Assembly (NCBI GenBank): GCA_963705015.1
Contig: CAVPIN010000002.1
Span: 2,207,697 to 2,271,696 of the forward strand
Length of the DNA stretch: 64,000 nt
Reading direction: 5' to 3'
Source: Terriglobia bacterium
Lineage (GTDB): Bacteria > Acidobacteriota > Terriglobia > Acidiferrales > UBA7541
Below are positions 50,928 to 59,129 of the stretch, piece by piece (the stretch's first letter is position 1; every line of letters starts with the position of its first letter). The notes beneath the pieces are model-generated. The model did not search any database. It was given only the letters and a program-made list of their open reading frames with translations, and was not told where the DNA came from. The translations under genes were made by a program, and so were the position numbers.

Positions 50928-51359
50928 CTACTTTGGTTGTACTGTCAATTCCTCTGATTTTGCTGGTTTCGGCAACAATCCAATAGCCGCCATCGCAGCG
51001 TGGCGCACGATCATTAAGTGATCGGAAGATAAAACGACTCTCGACCTAATTCCCTTAACAAATGGCCTGTCCAGACGGGAGAAGCCCGCATGGGTAAGCA
51101 TATCACCCTTTACCCACATTTCCCGGCCATGATCGAAGCAATCATAAATACCAGTAGGTATTTGAAAGTGATATGGGGCAATATGTTCGGGCTGAACGGT
51201 GCTTACGGGAACAACAATGCAACAACCTGTGTGCCGCCTATAGCGCGGTGAAATGACAATGCACTGGCGTACCTTCTCCATTTCAGGCCGCATGAAAGCA
51301 GGGCTATCAAAGTCGCACATCAGAATTTGCCCTGCGTCAGGTGAAAATGTGATTGGCAT
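50928..51359 (-). CDS. PemK/MazF-superfamily protein, YifN-like
   Basis: GAGGAA SD before the ATG. MPITFSPDAGQILMCDFDSPAFMRPEMEKVRQCIVISPRYRRHTGCCIVVPVSTVQPEH...WVKGDMLTHAGFSRLD matches the YifN/PemK-like pattern as I recall it (P..GqI..cDF....EM.K.RP.vV.S......vVp.St). Confidence 0.65.
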   Translation of the reverse strand: MPITFSPDAGQILMCDFDSPAFMRPEMEKVRQCIVISPRYRRHTGCCIVVPVSTVQPEHIAPYHFQIPTGIYDCFDHGREMWVKGDMLTHAGFSRLDRPFVKGIRSRVVLSSDHLMIVRHAAMAAIGLLPKPAKSEELTVQPK

Positions 51360-51558
51360 ACTATTCCTCATTCCAGCTACATAAATTTTGCCCGATTCCT
51401 ATAATTTTACTTTCGCAAATGGGGCACACGCCCCACTTGACTTATGAAGGCGAGCGACAGAAAATACACGTGAAGCCGCCCTTTGTACTGAGCAAGTGCA
51501 TGGGGAACCGCTTTCTGGGTCCGGGCCGCGCTAACGGCTACCGGACCCTTCAACTTTC

Positions 51559-52095
51559 CTAAGCCACAGTTTTAAGGCCCTCCGGGTTATGGTTCATAAT
51601 TTCAGTCGCTCTTTCCGCCTTGGCAGTTCTACGCTTCCTGCTGGCTTTGCTTCCTTTTGCCTTAGTTAATTCCTGCTCTTTCTTAGCAGCCGCCTCAGGG
51701 TGCCTCTCGCTCAAATCCCATGTATCGGGGAGCACCTTGACGAAATCTCGACTTCTCGTCAAAGACGTATAGATAGTCGGGCGCACCAGTTTCGATTTGA
51801 TCTCATAGCCTGCTTTCTCAAATGCTTCTTGAATCTCGGGCGTCTTGAGTGGCCGTCCAAATCGTTTCAAAAGTTTCTCTGCGGCCTTGGTGATGGAGAG
51901 ATTAAAAAATTCTCCCCTATAAACCATTGTTCCCGCAGACGCATGAGACCCGCCAATGGGATTCGATCCCGGCAGTACTGCTTTATTCTGTGCTGCGCCA
52001 CCGACTCTTTTTTGTAACGCAGCGATAACGGAGTCCAGCTCGGCACGCTCCTGAAGCAACTGCAGTATCGCCGCCTCGATGTGACCAGTATCCAT
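51559..52095 (-). CDS. HARE-HTH-like winged-helix protein with lysine-rich tail (hypothetical)
   Basis: ITKAAEKLLKRFGRPLKTPEIQEAFEKAGYEIKSKLVRPTIYTSLTRSRDFVKVLPDTWDLSE resembles the HARE-HTH layout (ligand-less wHTH ending F.kv..g.W.L). N-terminal coiled-coil-like segment. Assignment from memory only. Confidence 0.5.
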   Translation of the reverse strand: MDTGHIEAAILQLLQERAELDSVIAALQKRVGGAAQNKAVLPGSNPIGGSHASAGTMVYRGEFFNLSITKAAEKLLKRFGRPLKTPEIQEAFEKAGYEIKSKLVRPTIYTSLTRSRDFVKVLPDTWDLSERHPEAAAKKEQELTKAKGSKASRKRRTAKAERATEIMNHNPEGLKTVA

Positions 52096-52204
52096 GGGCC
52101 ACCTACCTTTCCTATGGCAAATTATAAGCAGACGGAAGATTCCATGTCAATTGGAGTTCGACTAAAGGAGGGGGCGACTGAAGGAACGTGCTACATTTAA
52201 TTCG

Positions 52205-53179
52205 CTACATATTCGCCTGTTGTTCAGGCCTTGAGTCCCGGAGTTTAAGCCGCTTGCCGGATACACCCTTTATCGCAAGTAGCGCACGGTCCCCATCCTT
52301 CATCTTCCGAGCGTTGTACCGGAAATCAAATTCGCTGAGATAGCGGTGCAAGTGTTGCTTGCCCACATGATGATATACGCCGTTCAGGCCGCGTTTGAGA
52401 TTGGCGAAATACCCTTCGACAGTGTTGGTCGTGATGGTGACGCCCTTTTCTCGGCGAACGTATTCCTTTCGATTGTGGTTCACCTGAGAGAGCTTGCGCG
52501 TCATTCCCACGGTCTTTAGCGTTGCGGACGTGTCGGTCATAACGTGGGCGTCCTCGGCAACCATCTGGTCAATGATCGGTCGCAAATTCTTCGCGGTCAC
52601 TTTGTCGATATGCCGAGATTGAACGCGTCCACCACGTTGCAGAACGGAAAGCACAATCGCTTTATTCGCTGTGCCGACAAGCCGATCTTGCGGCCTCTGG
52701 CCCTGTCGCACAGCGTGCGGGCCAGTGCGGAGCTTGCCACCAACAAATGTTTCGTCGATCTCTACAATGCCGTCGAGCTTTGATGATAACGGCTCCTGAG
52801 TCATGGCATAACGAATCCGGTGCGCCATAAACCATGCGCTCTTGTAAGTGACGCCCAACATGCGATGGAGTTGATGTGCGCTCATTCCTTTTTTGGAAGC
52901 ACATAGCAAATGAATCGCTTTTAGCCAAGTAGTCAGAGGAATGTGACTGTCCTCGAAAATTGTTCCGACCTTCACAGTAAATTGCTTGCGGCATCCACCA
53001 CACTTCCAAACGCCGGGGCGCACAGGGCTTTTAGAGCCTTCCTTACCCTTCAATCGGTAGGACTCGCCTTCTACGCCACAATGCGGGCAAATCGCGCCCT
53101 TGGGCCAGCGTTGCGCTTCAAGGAAGTCGCGGGCTTTATCTTCGCTCTCAGTGTATTTTGTGATGTCGTTGAAGTTCAT
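52205..53179 (-). CDS. IS1595-family transposase
   Basis: Start trimmed to MNFNDITKY. N-terminal zinc ribbon CPHCG..(24 aa)..CGGCRKQFTVKVGTIFEDSHIPLTTWL, then an ISXO2-like DDE domain (EIDETFVGGK...). Terminal inverted repeats of the element could not be located by eye. Confidence 0.85.
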   Translation of the reverse strand: MNFNDITKYTESEDKARDFLEAQRWPKGAICPHCGVEGESYRLKGKEGSKSPVRPGVWKCGGCRKQFTVKVGTIFEDSHIPLTTWLKAIHLLCASKKGMSAHQLHRMLGVTYKSAWFMAHRIRYAMTQEPLSSKLDGIVEIDETFVGGKLRTGPHAVRQGQRPQDRLVGTANKAIVLSVLQRGGRVQSRHIDKVTAKNLRPIIDQMVAEDAHVMTDTSATLKTVGMTRKLSQVNHNRKEYVRREKGVTITTNTVEGYFANLKRGLNGVYHHVGKQHLHRYLSEFDFRYNARKMKDGDRALLAIKGVSGKRLKLRDSRPEQQANM

Positions 53180-53527
53180 TGCGTCCTCGATTCGACGCAA
53201 TTATGCAGAAACTAGCTGGGTTTGTAAAGTATATAATTCCGGGAATTAGCGCAAATCCGCGGCTTTTCAGCGATTGTCTTTTGATACATGGTGACCCGTT
53301 GGGCCGTGCTGAGGGCGCGGCCCAACATACTCATTCCCGTCAAAGGGTAGCGCCAATCCAGTATCCTTTTTCCGTCACGACAGAGCCTTCCAATAGCAAC
53401 GATCCCAGCTGACGCCGCTACCCTTTTATGCATCTTGTAAGTAAGATTGATTAACTTTATGTTGCTGCTTCCTTTTTCAAGCGCGGCGCAACGCCAAAAA
53501 TATGGTTTCGGCCCGAGGTTTGTTGTG

Positions 53528-54679
53528 ATGGCGGCATTGCTTCTGCTCATCGCGATCACGCCCCTCTGCGCGCAAAGCAAGCTCGCGTCTTTGAACGTCA
53601 ATTCGATCCGGCAGACGGCAGAGGCCGGGGATGTCGCCGCTCAAGCGGAACTCGGGGAGCGGTATTTCACAGGCAAGGGCGGCGTCGCTCGGGATTTAGT
53701 GCAGGCACGCCTCTGGTATCAGAAAGCTGCCGACCAGGGGGACTCCGCAGCAAAACGGCGCCTGGTCACGTTGGATAAACAACTGGCAAACTGCGATCCC
53801 AATTGGTCCCCAAAATTCGATCAGATCACGGGCGCAGGAGTTTTGGAGGGGCTGAGAGAACCCGGGCTTATAGAAACAGCAATCTCGCAGGCTGGCGGCC
53901 TCGATCCGTTCATTGAGGAGAGCAGCCGAACAGAGACAAGCGATCAGGAGGAGATGGTCGAGCACCAGGATGCCGGAGACACCGACGGCGTGCGCAAGCT
54001 GAAAGCGCTGATGCTCGTCAATGAAGGCATGCTCGAAATCGCGGAGTGCCGCAAGGTTCGAGGGAGCCAATCGAACGTATCCGCATCGGCTCCGGGTGGT
54101 GGAAATCTGGCGGGCCAGACTCAAAACGCACCGGTCCCAGCCAGTGGAAACCGGCCATCGTCGGCGGCGCCTCCAGCATCCTCCTCGCTGGTAGATGTGC
54201 GTTATTCCGGCGCGGATTCCCGGCCATTGAGCGGCGCGGAAATGGCAGCGCTGCGCGATTCCCTGCACTGGGATCCCGAAGTGGCCCGTCTGCCAAACGG
54301 CGGGACGGCGATCTCCTATCTGGTTGATAAGGAGGGTCGCAGGCTCGGATCGATTCAAGTCCAATGGGCTAAAACGGTCGTCCCGAAGGGTACGCCTTCT
54401 CAACCTGGCGAGCCGCCGGTAGGATCCTTTGCCGTGCAACTCGAGAACGGAACGTCTTGCGGTTTTCTGGGCGAGGCGGAATTGGACGATTCTAAAGGAA
54501 TTGTCATATTGAGCAGTTTCGAATTGGATTCCTGGGTGGGGCTGGGCCAGCCTCGCGCAGGTCAAACCATCCGAGTGGAGGGCGAAGCCGACCTCCCGAG
54601 CGCAAACCCGACCATCTTGTTGAAACCGCTTGAGGTAAGTTCCACGCTGAGCGCGTGCCTGACGCCGAAGAATCCGTAG
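53528..54679 (+). CDS. Secreted Sel1-repeat protein with an uncharacterised C-terminal domain
   Basis: Signal peptide MAALLLLIAITPLCAQS. AEAGDVAAQAELGERYFTGKGGVARDLVQARLWYQKAADQGDSAAKRRL is a Sel1 repeat. Start uncertain (the track ORF begins at 53447). Confidence 0.7.
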   Translation: MAALLLLIAITPLCAQSKLASLNVNSIRQTAEAGDVAAQAELGERYFTGKGGVARDLVQARLWYQKAADQGDSAAKRRLVTLDKQLANCDPNWSPKFDQITGAGVLEGLREPGLIETAISQAGGLDPFIEESSRTETSDQEEMVEHQDAGDTDGVRKLKALMLVNEGMLEIAECRKVRGSQSNVSASAPGGGNLAGQTQNAPVPASGNRPSSAAPPASSSLVDVRYSGADSRPLSGAEMAALRDSLHWDPEVARLPNGGTAISYLVDKEGRRLGSIQVQWAKTVVPKGTPSQPGEPPVGSFAVQLENGTSCGFLGEAELDDSKGIVILSSFELDSWVGLGQPRAGQTIRVEGEADLPSANPTILLKPLEVSSTLSACLTPKNP

Positions 54680-54963
54680 GAAACTCCCCGCGATTATTCA
54701 TGCAAGCAATCTGTCGGAGTGTATGATATACTTCGTTTGCGCTTGATACATCGGTTGTTTGGTGTGGTTGCTCTGTTGCAAGTAAGCTGACTTGAGAAAA
54801 CCCCGCCTTTGTTTCCATCCGTACGTCTTCAGCGTAACTTAAACTAGGACTGGCTATGCCAGTTGCGTGCCCGCACGGGTGCGGGCTCCAGACGGAGCCC
54901 ATGGAAAAAAGATTCGTGTGCGCCGCGACGGCCCCTGCCAGCAGAAACGACAAGAAAAGAATC

Positions 54964-56190
54964 ATGCAGAATTTCTCAGAATTACAGATTTCCAATTACA
55001 CGAAAGAACGGCTGTCGCACGCCAATTTCTCGACGCCCACTCCAGTGCAGGCTGCGGCGATCCCGCAGGCTCTCGAAGGCAAGGACGTGCTGGCGACCGC
55101 ACAAACAGGAACGGGGAAAACCCTCGCGTTCCTGATCCCCGTCATCGAGCAACTGTTACAGGTAAAAACGCCGGGGATTGCGGCACTCGTGCTCGTTCCC
55201 ACTCGCGAACTCGCCATGCAGGTCGTGGATCAATACAACGCCTTGCGCGGGAAGCAACTTTCTCCGGCGGCGCTGGTGGTGGGCGGATTGCCCGAGGCCA
55301 AGCAGCTTAGCGCGATACGCGCTGGTGCGCGCCTGGTCGTCGCTACTCCCGGACGCCTCGAAGACTACCTCGACCGCAAGCTATTCAATTTCCACGCCCT
55401 GCGTGTGCTCATCCTTGATGAGGCCGATCGCATGCTGGACATGGGATTCCTTCCGGCGATTCGCAGAATCGCAGCCATATTGCCGAAGCAACGCCAGACG
55501 ATGTGCTTTTCCGCAACGCTGGAAGCTTCGGTGGTCCACCTCGTGAAAGACTATATGACGAACCCTGTGCGCCTTTCCTTCGGATCCGTGCTCAAGCCGT
55601 CCGAGAATGTGCGCGTCCAGGCGTTTGAAGTTTCCGGGGACCGCAAACAGGCCGTGCTGCAAAGCCTGCTTGCCAAAGAAACCGGCCGCTGCCTTATTTT
55701 CGCGCGCACCAAGCGCGGAACCGAGAAGCTTGCCAACAATCTGACTCGCCAGGGATTCACCGCCGCAATGATTCATGGCGACCGGTCGCAATCCCAGCGA
55801 ACCGCGGCACTCACCGGATTTCAACAGGGGCGCTATCGCGTCCTGGTGGCCACAGACCTGGCTTCCCGCGGAATCCACGTGCAGGACATCGCACACGTGA
55901 TTAACTACGACTTGCCCGAGATCGCGGAGAACTTCATTCACCGCGTTGGGCGCACTGGCCGCGCCGGAAAAGTTGGACTGGCTTCCACGCTTTTCGGACG
56001 TGAACAACGCTCGGACTTGCTTCAACTGGAACGCACTCTGGGCATCCGTATGGAGAGGATGCAGGCGGATTGCGATTTCCCGGTGACGCAGGAACGAAGC
56101 AGGACCAGCGTGGATCGCGTTGATGTTGCTGCTCACTCGCGTATGCCCCGGCTGCCGGGTGAAATCCTGCAAGCGCACCTCGAAAACTAA
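54964..56190 (+). CDS. DEAD-box ATP-dependent RNA helicase
   Basis: Q-motif region FSTPTPVQAAAIP, motif I AQTGTGKT, DEAD in LILDEADRMLD, SAT, motif VI HRVGRTGRAG. Start trimmed to MQNFSELQIS. Confidence 0.92.
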   Translation: MQNFSELQISNYTKERLSHANFSTPTPVQAAAIPQALEGKDVLATAQTGTGKTLAFLIPVIEQLLQVKTPGIAALVLVPTRELAMQVVDQYNALRGKQLSPAALVVGGLPEAKQLSAIRAGARLVVATPGRLEDYLDRKLFNFHALRVLILDEADRMLDMGFLPAIRRIAAILPKQRQTMCFSATLEASVVHLVKDYMTNPVRLSFGSVLKPSENVRVQAFEVSGDRKQAVLQSLLAKETGRCLIFARTKRGTEKLANNLTRQGFTAAMIHGDRSQSQRTAALTGFQQGRYRVLVATDLASRGIHVQDIAHVINYDLPEIAENFIHRVGRTGRAGKVGLASTLFGREQRSDLLQLERTLGIRMERMQADCDFPVTQERSRTSVDRVDVAAHSRMPRLPGEILQAHLEN

Positions 56191-56205
56191 CCTGCATCAC
56201 AATTT

Positions 56206-56238
56206 GCCGGAGGACTGAAGTATCTTCAGTCCTCCGGC
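56206..56238 (+). terminator. 15-bp perfect stem / 3-nt loop hairpin just after the helicase stop
   Basis: gccggaggactgaag tat cttcagtcctccggc. No following T-run, so function as a terminator is inferred from position only. Confidence 0.5.
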
Positions 56239-56261
56239 GAATTCCTTTGACCTGGGAGATT

Positions 56262-56408
56262 CAAGCAGCACAGGCTTCAGCCTGTGTGCTTTTGGTTTTT
56301 TGTCTTTCCCAAAAGGAATCATGGCTTGCTCCTGGGTTTTTTGCGAGGATGACAACTTAATTCAAGATCAAAACCAGAAGCACCTAGGCTGAAGCCTGTG
56401 CTACAAAG
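56262..56408. repeat. Inverted pair of REP-like hairpins (BIME-like) between convergent genes
   Basis: agcacaggcttcagcctgtgtgct (about 56266-56290) and gcacctaggctgaagcctgtgctac (about 56380-56404). The flanking gcttttggtttt / aaaaccagaagc are also inverted. Same GCACAGGC...GCCTGTGCTAC family as the RAYT-flanking REPs. Confidence 0.65.
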
Positions 56409-56419
56409 ATCCTGCCTTC

Positions 56420-56902
56420 TTATTCTTGTCTCGCCAGTAAATCAACGAACTCAACCTTCCACGGAGTCTGACCCAAGGACAGACGCGCCACTGTCACTGG
56501 CAATTGGAATCGCCGTGGGCCGGCGCTCCCGGGATTGATGTACAGAACGCCGTTTTGCTCGTTGCGGGATGGCTTGTGCGAGTGTCCGCTGACGACAATG
56601 TGAAATCCGGCCGCGGCAGGATTGAGGTCGAGCATATGAACATCGTGCAGCACGTAGAAGGTTGCCAATTCGGTTTCGACGACTTCGGTTTCTGGCAGCG
56701 CGGAAGCCCAGGATTCCGTATCCACGTTTCCCCTCACCGCAAAAACAGGCGCGATTGCTTTCAGAGCGTCGATAATTTCCAGTTTCCCCACGTCGCCCGC
56801 ATGAATGATCAATTCTGATCCTTCGAGCGCTCGTAGGGCTTCCTCACGCAATAGTCCGTGGGTGTCGGAAATCAGGCCAATCTTTTGCGGTTTACTGCTC
56901 AT
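56420..56902 (-). CDS. Metallophosphoesterase family protein (YfcE/MJ0936-like)
   Basis: IGLISDTHG, IHAGDVG, VRGNVD and SGHSHKP are the ordered calcineurin-like phosphoesterase motifs. 160 aa. Confidence 0.88.
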   Translation of the reverse strand: MSSKPQKIGLISDTHGLLREEALRALEGSELIIHAGDVGKLEIIDALKAIAPVFAVRGNVDTESWASALPETEVVETELATFYVLHDVHMLDLNPAAAGFHIVVSGHSHKPSRNEQNGVLYINPGSAGPRRFQLPVTVARLSLGQTPWKVEFVDLLARQE

Positions 56903-57012
56903 CGCTCATTTCCCTGACGTCCATGGTAGATTTCGGGGCGCTCCCTTGCCAAGTCAGGAATTTGGAAGCAGGGCTCGCGGCCCATTGATGTAGGATATGG
57001 TTGGAGGTCGCC

Positions 57013-57570
57013 ATGACGAACCTCAAGAATCGAACCCTTGTTGTTGCCAGCCTCGTAATCGTTGCAGGATTAGGGATTTTCGCTTGGACGTCTTACGGTC
57101 AGTTCGGCCGCTCAAAATATACGAGCCCTCCCGCGAGCGCCTCGGTCACCGTCGCCGGCAAACAGATCAGCATTGAATATTACGCGCCCTCGATGCACGG
57201 GCGCAAAGTTATGGGCGGATTGGTCCCCTTCGGAGTGGTGTGGTGCACCGGAGCGAACTGGGCGACCAAAATCACCACGCAAGCCAATCTTGAAATGGGC
57301 GGCCTGAAACTTCCCGCCGGAAGCTACAGCATCTGGACTCTTCCCAACGCCACAGAATGGATGCTCATCATCAACAAGCAGACGGGCCAATTCCATCTCA
57401 ACTACGATTCTTCTCTCGATTTTGGCCGCACGAAAATGAATCTGAAAACGCTGGCTGCTCCGGTCGAGACGTTCAAAATCGATTTGAGATCAGATGGCGG
57501 CAACAAAGGAACCCTAGCTCTGCTCTGGGAGACGACGGAAGCATCGATCCCCTTCACGGTCACACCGTAA
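57013..57570 (+). CDS. DUF2911 domain protein (secreted)
   Basis: GGAGG SD. TM/signal segment. ISIEYYAPSMHGRKVMGGLVPFGVVWCTGANWATKITTQANLEMGGLKLPAGSYSIWTLPNATEWMLIINK matches the DUF2911 pattern as I recall it. Confidence 0.78.
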   Translation: MTNLKNRTLVVASLVIVAGLGIFAWTSYGQFGRSKYTSPPASASVTVAGKQISIEYYAPSMHGRKVMGGLVPFGVVWCTGANWATKITTQANLEMGGLKLPAGSYSIWTLPNATEWMLIINKQTGQFHLNYDSSLDFGRTKMNLKTLAAPVETFKIDLRSDGGNKGTLALLWETTEASIPFTVTP

Positions 57571-57815
57571 AGTAATGCTGTGATCCGCCGAAGTCTGAAC
57601 TAGCAACTTGCACTCGAGCCGGTATCGTCGTAACTGCTCGAAACCCCTTCGATTTTGTTGCAAAAGGGCTTTTGTGAGAAACCGCCGGAGTCCGCATTCC
57701 GGGACTCGATTATGGAAACTGCGCGAGAAGTCTTTTGCAGAGGGCGAGTAACTTTATTCCCCCGTGAGGCATCGGACTGAGGGTGGTTTTATTTCCGATA
57801 TTGGGAGGCAGCGCT

Positions 57816-58709
57816 TTGCGTAGTATTTGGCAACTTTTTCTGGCCATGGTAATGACCTTGGCCGCCGCGCGGTTTACGTTCGCCCAAGACGCTCCGGTTG
57901 CAGTGCTGGCGGATTCACAGGATTCGAGCCCGGCAATGTCTGCTACGGCGGGGGGAGGGAGTGCTGGGAGTTCAGTCGCTACGGTCTCCAGTGCTGCAGG
58001 CGTGGAGACTGCGATTGAAACTGCTGCGGATGCGGAAGGCCAGGGGACGCAGCCTAGTGGCGCGCAGGCGCCGGGGGAGCAGTCTGAGCCCTCAAAGTCT
58101 TCGACACAAGATACCCCGCCGCCGCAGCCAAAACGCATTCTGGGCATCATGCCCAATTTCCGGGCGGTCAGCGCTGGCGCCATCCCTCCACCCCCCACGC
58201 CGAAGCAGGCCTTCGTGATCGCTACGAGGAATAGCTTCGACTACTCGTCATTTATTTTTGTGGGGATCACTTCGTCGTTTGCGGAATGGACCGGTGCTCA
58301 TCCGCAGCTCGGGGAAGGCATGGCGGGCTACGGAAGATATTATTGGCGCGGATTGGTGGACAAAACCGATGGAAACTACTGGGTGATCTTCGTGCTACCA
58401 ACCATCTTCCATCAGGACGAGCGCTATTATGCGCGGGGTAAGGGCGGATTTTGGAGGCGCGGAATCTATGCAAGCACCCGCATTTTGATCACGCCCAATT
58501 ATCATGGACACAACGGCTTCAATGCTTCCGAAATTTTGGGCAGAGCCATCGCGCAAGGCATCTCCCTGGCATATTACCCCAGTGGTACGCGGACTCCGGG
58601 AGCGCTGGGCTCGAAATACGGATGGGCCATCGGTCGAGACGTGCTGACGAATGTGTTTCGGGAATTCTGGCCGGATATTGCGACACATGTGCTGCACCGG
58701 CAGCCGTAA
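57816..58709 (+). CDS. Exported hypothetical protein
   Basis: Candidate TTG start with GGGAGG 6 nt upstream (the track ORF starts at GTG 57783). Signal peptide ..LFLAMVMTLAAARFTFAQD. Low-complexity Ser/Ala/Gly/Pro linker. Conserved-looking C-terminal domain ..ILGIMPNFRAV...HQDERYYARG... Confidence 0.65.
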   Translation: MRSIWQLFLAMVMTLAAARFTFAQDAPVAVLADSQDSSPAMSATAGGGSAGSSVATVSSAAGVETAIETAADAEGQGTQPSGAQAPGEQSEPSKSSTQDTPPPQPKRILGIMPNFRAVSAGAIPPPPTPKQAFVIATRNSFDYSSFIFVGITSSFAEWTGAHPQLGEGMAGYGRYYWRGLVDKTDGNYWVIFVLPTIFHQDERYYARGKGGFWRRGIYASTRILITPNYHGHNGFNASEILGRAIAQGISLAYYPSGTRTPGALGSKYGWAIGRDVLTNVFREFWPDIATHVLHRQP

Positions 58710-59129
58710 AAGGCACTAAGGGGTGGCCCGGCGTTAGTGCCATGCACACAGATGCTCTCGGTATGCTTGACGTGGTGTGTGATAGAATCCGCCTCGATGG
58801 CAAAGGTTGATTCGAGAGGAATTAGGTTGTTCCCAGTTCGGCTCGCGAGGCTCAAGTTGTAAACTGGAACTGTCCCCCCATAGTTTCGAATCAGAGGAGC
58901 ATCCGCTGAACGTCAAATGGAAGATGTCGAGTTTCGAATCATAGTCAATTGACCGCTCGCTTTGACAGCCGTGGCAGCAAGAAACGTTGAAGCGCAATGC
59001 AAAACCAAATGGAGGATCACCCGAGTAACCTGCACTTGTCGTAGCCGATAGTTTACACCACACGAACTAGTCTCAGGCTTCGTGATGTGATAGAACTTGT
59101 GGCATCCGACTACCGTAAAAATCGGGTAG

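Noticed and set aside
52096-53320. Terminal inverted repeats and target duplication of the IS1595-family element
   Set aside because: Comparing both flanks by eye gave only trivial 6-7 nt similarities (aattat..gcaga), so the element boundaries are left undefined.
53212-53601. 129-aa minus-strand ORF between the IS1595 transposase and the Sel1 gene
   Set aside because: It overlaps the start region of the Sel1-repeat gene and has no motif or ribosome-binding site. Probably spurious.
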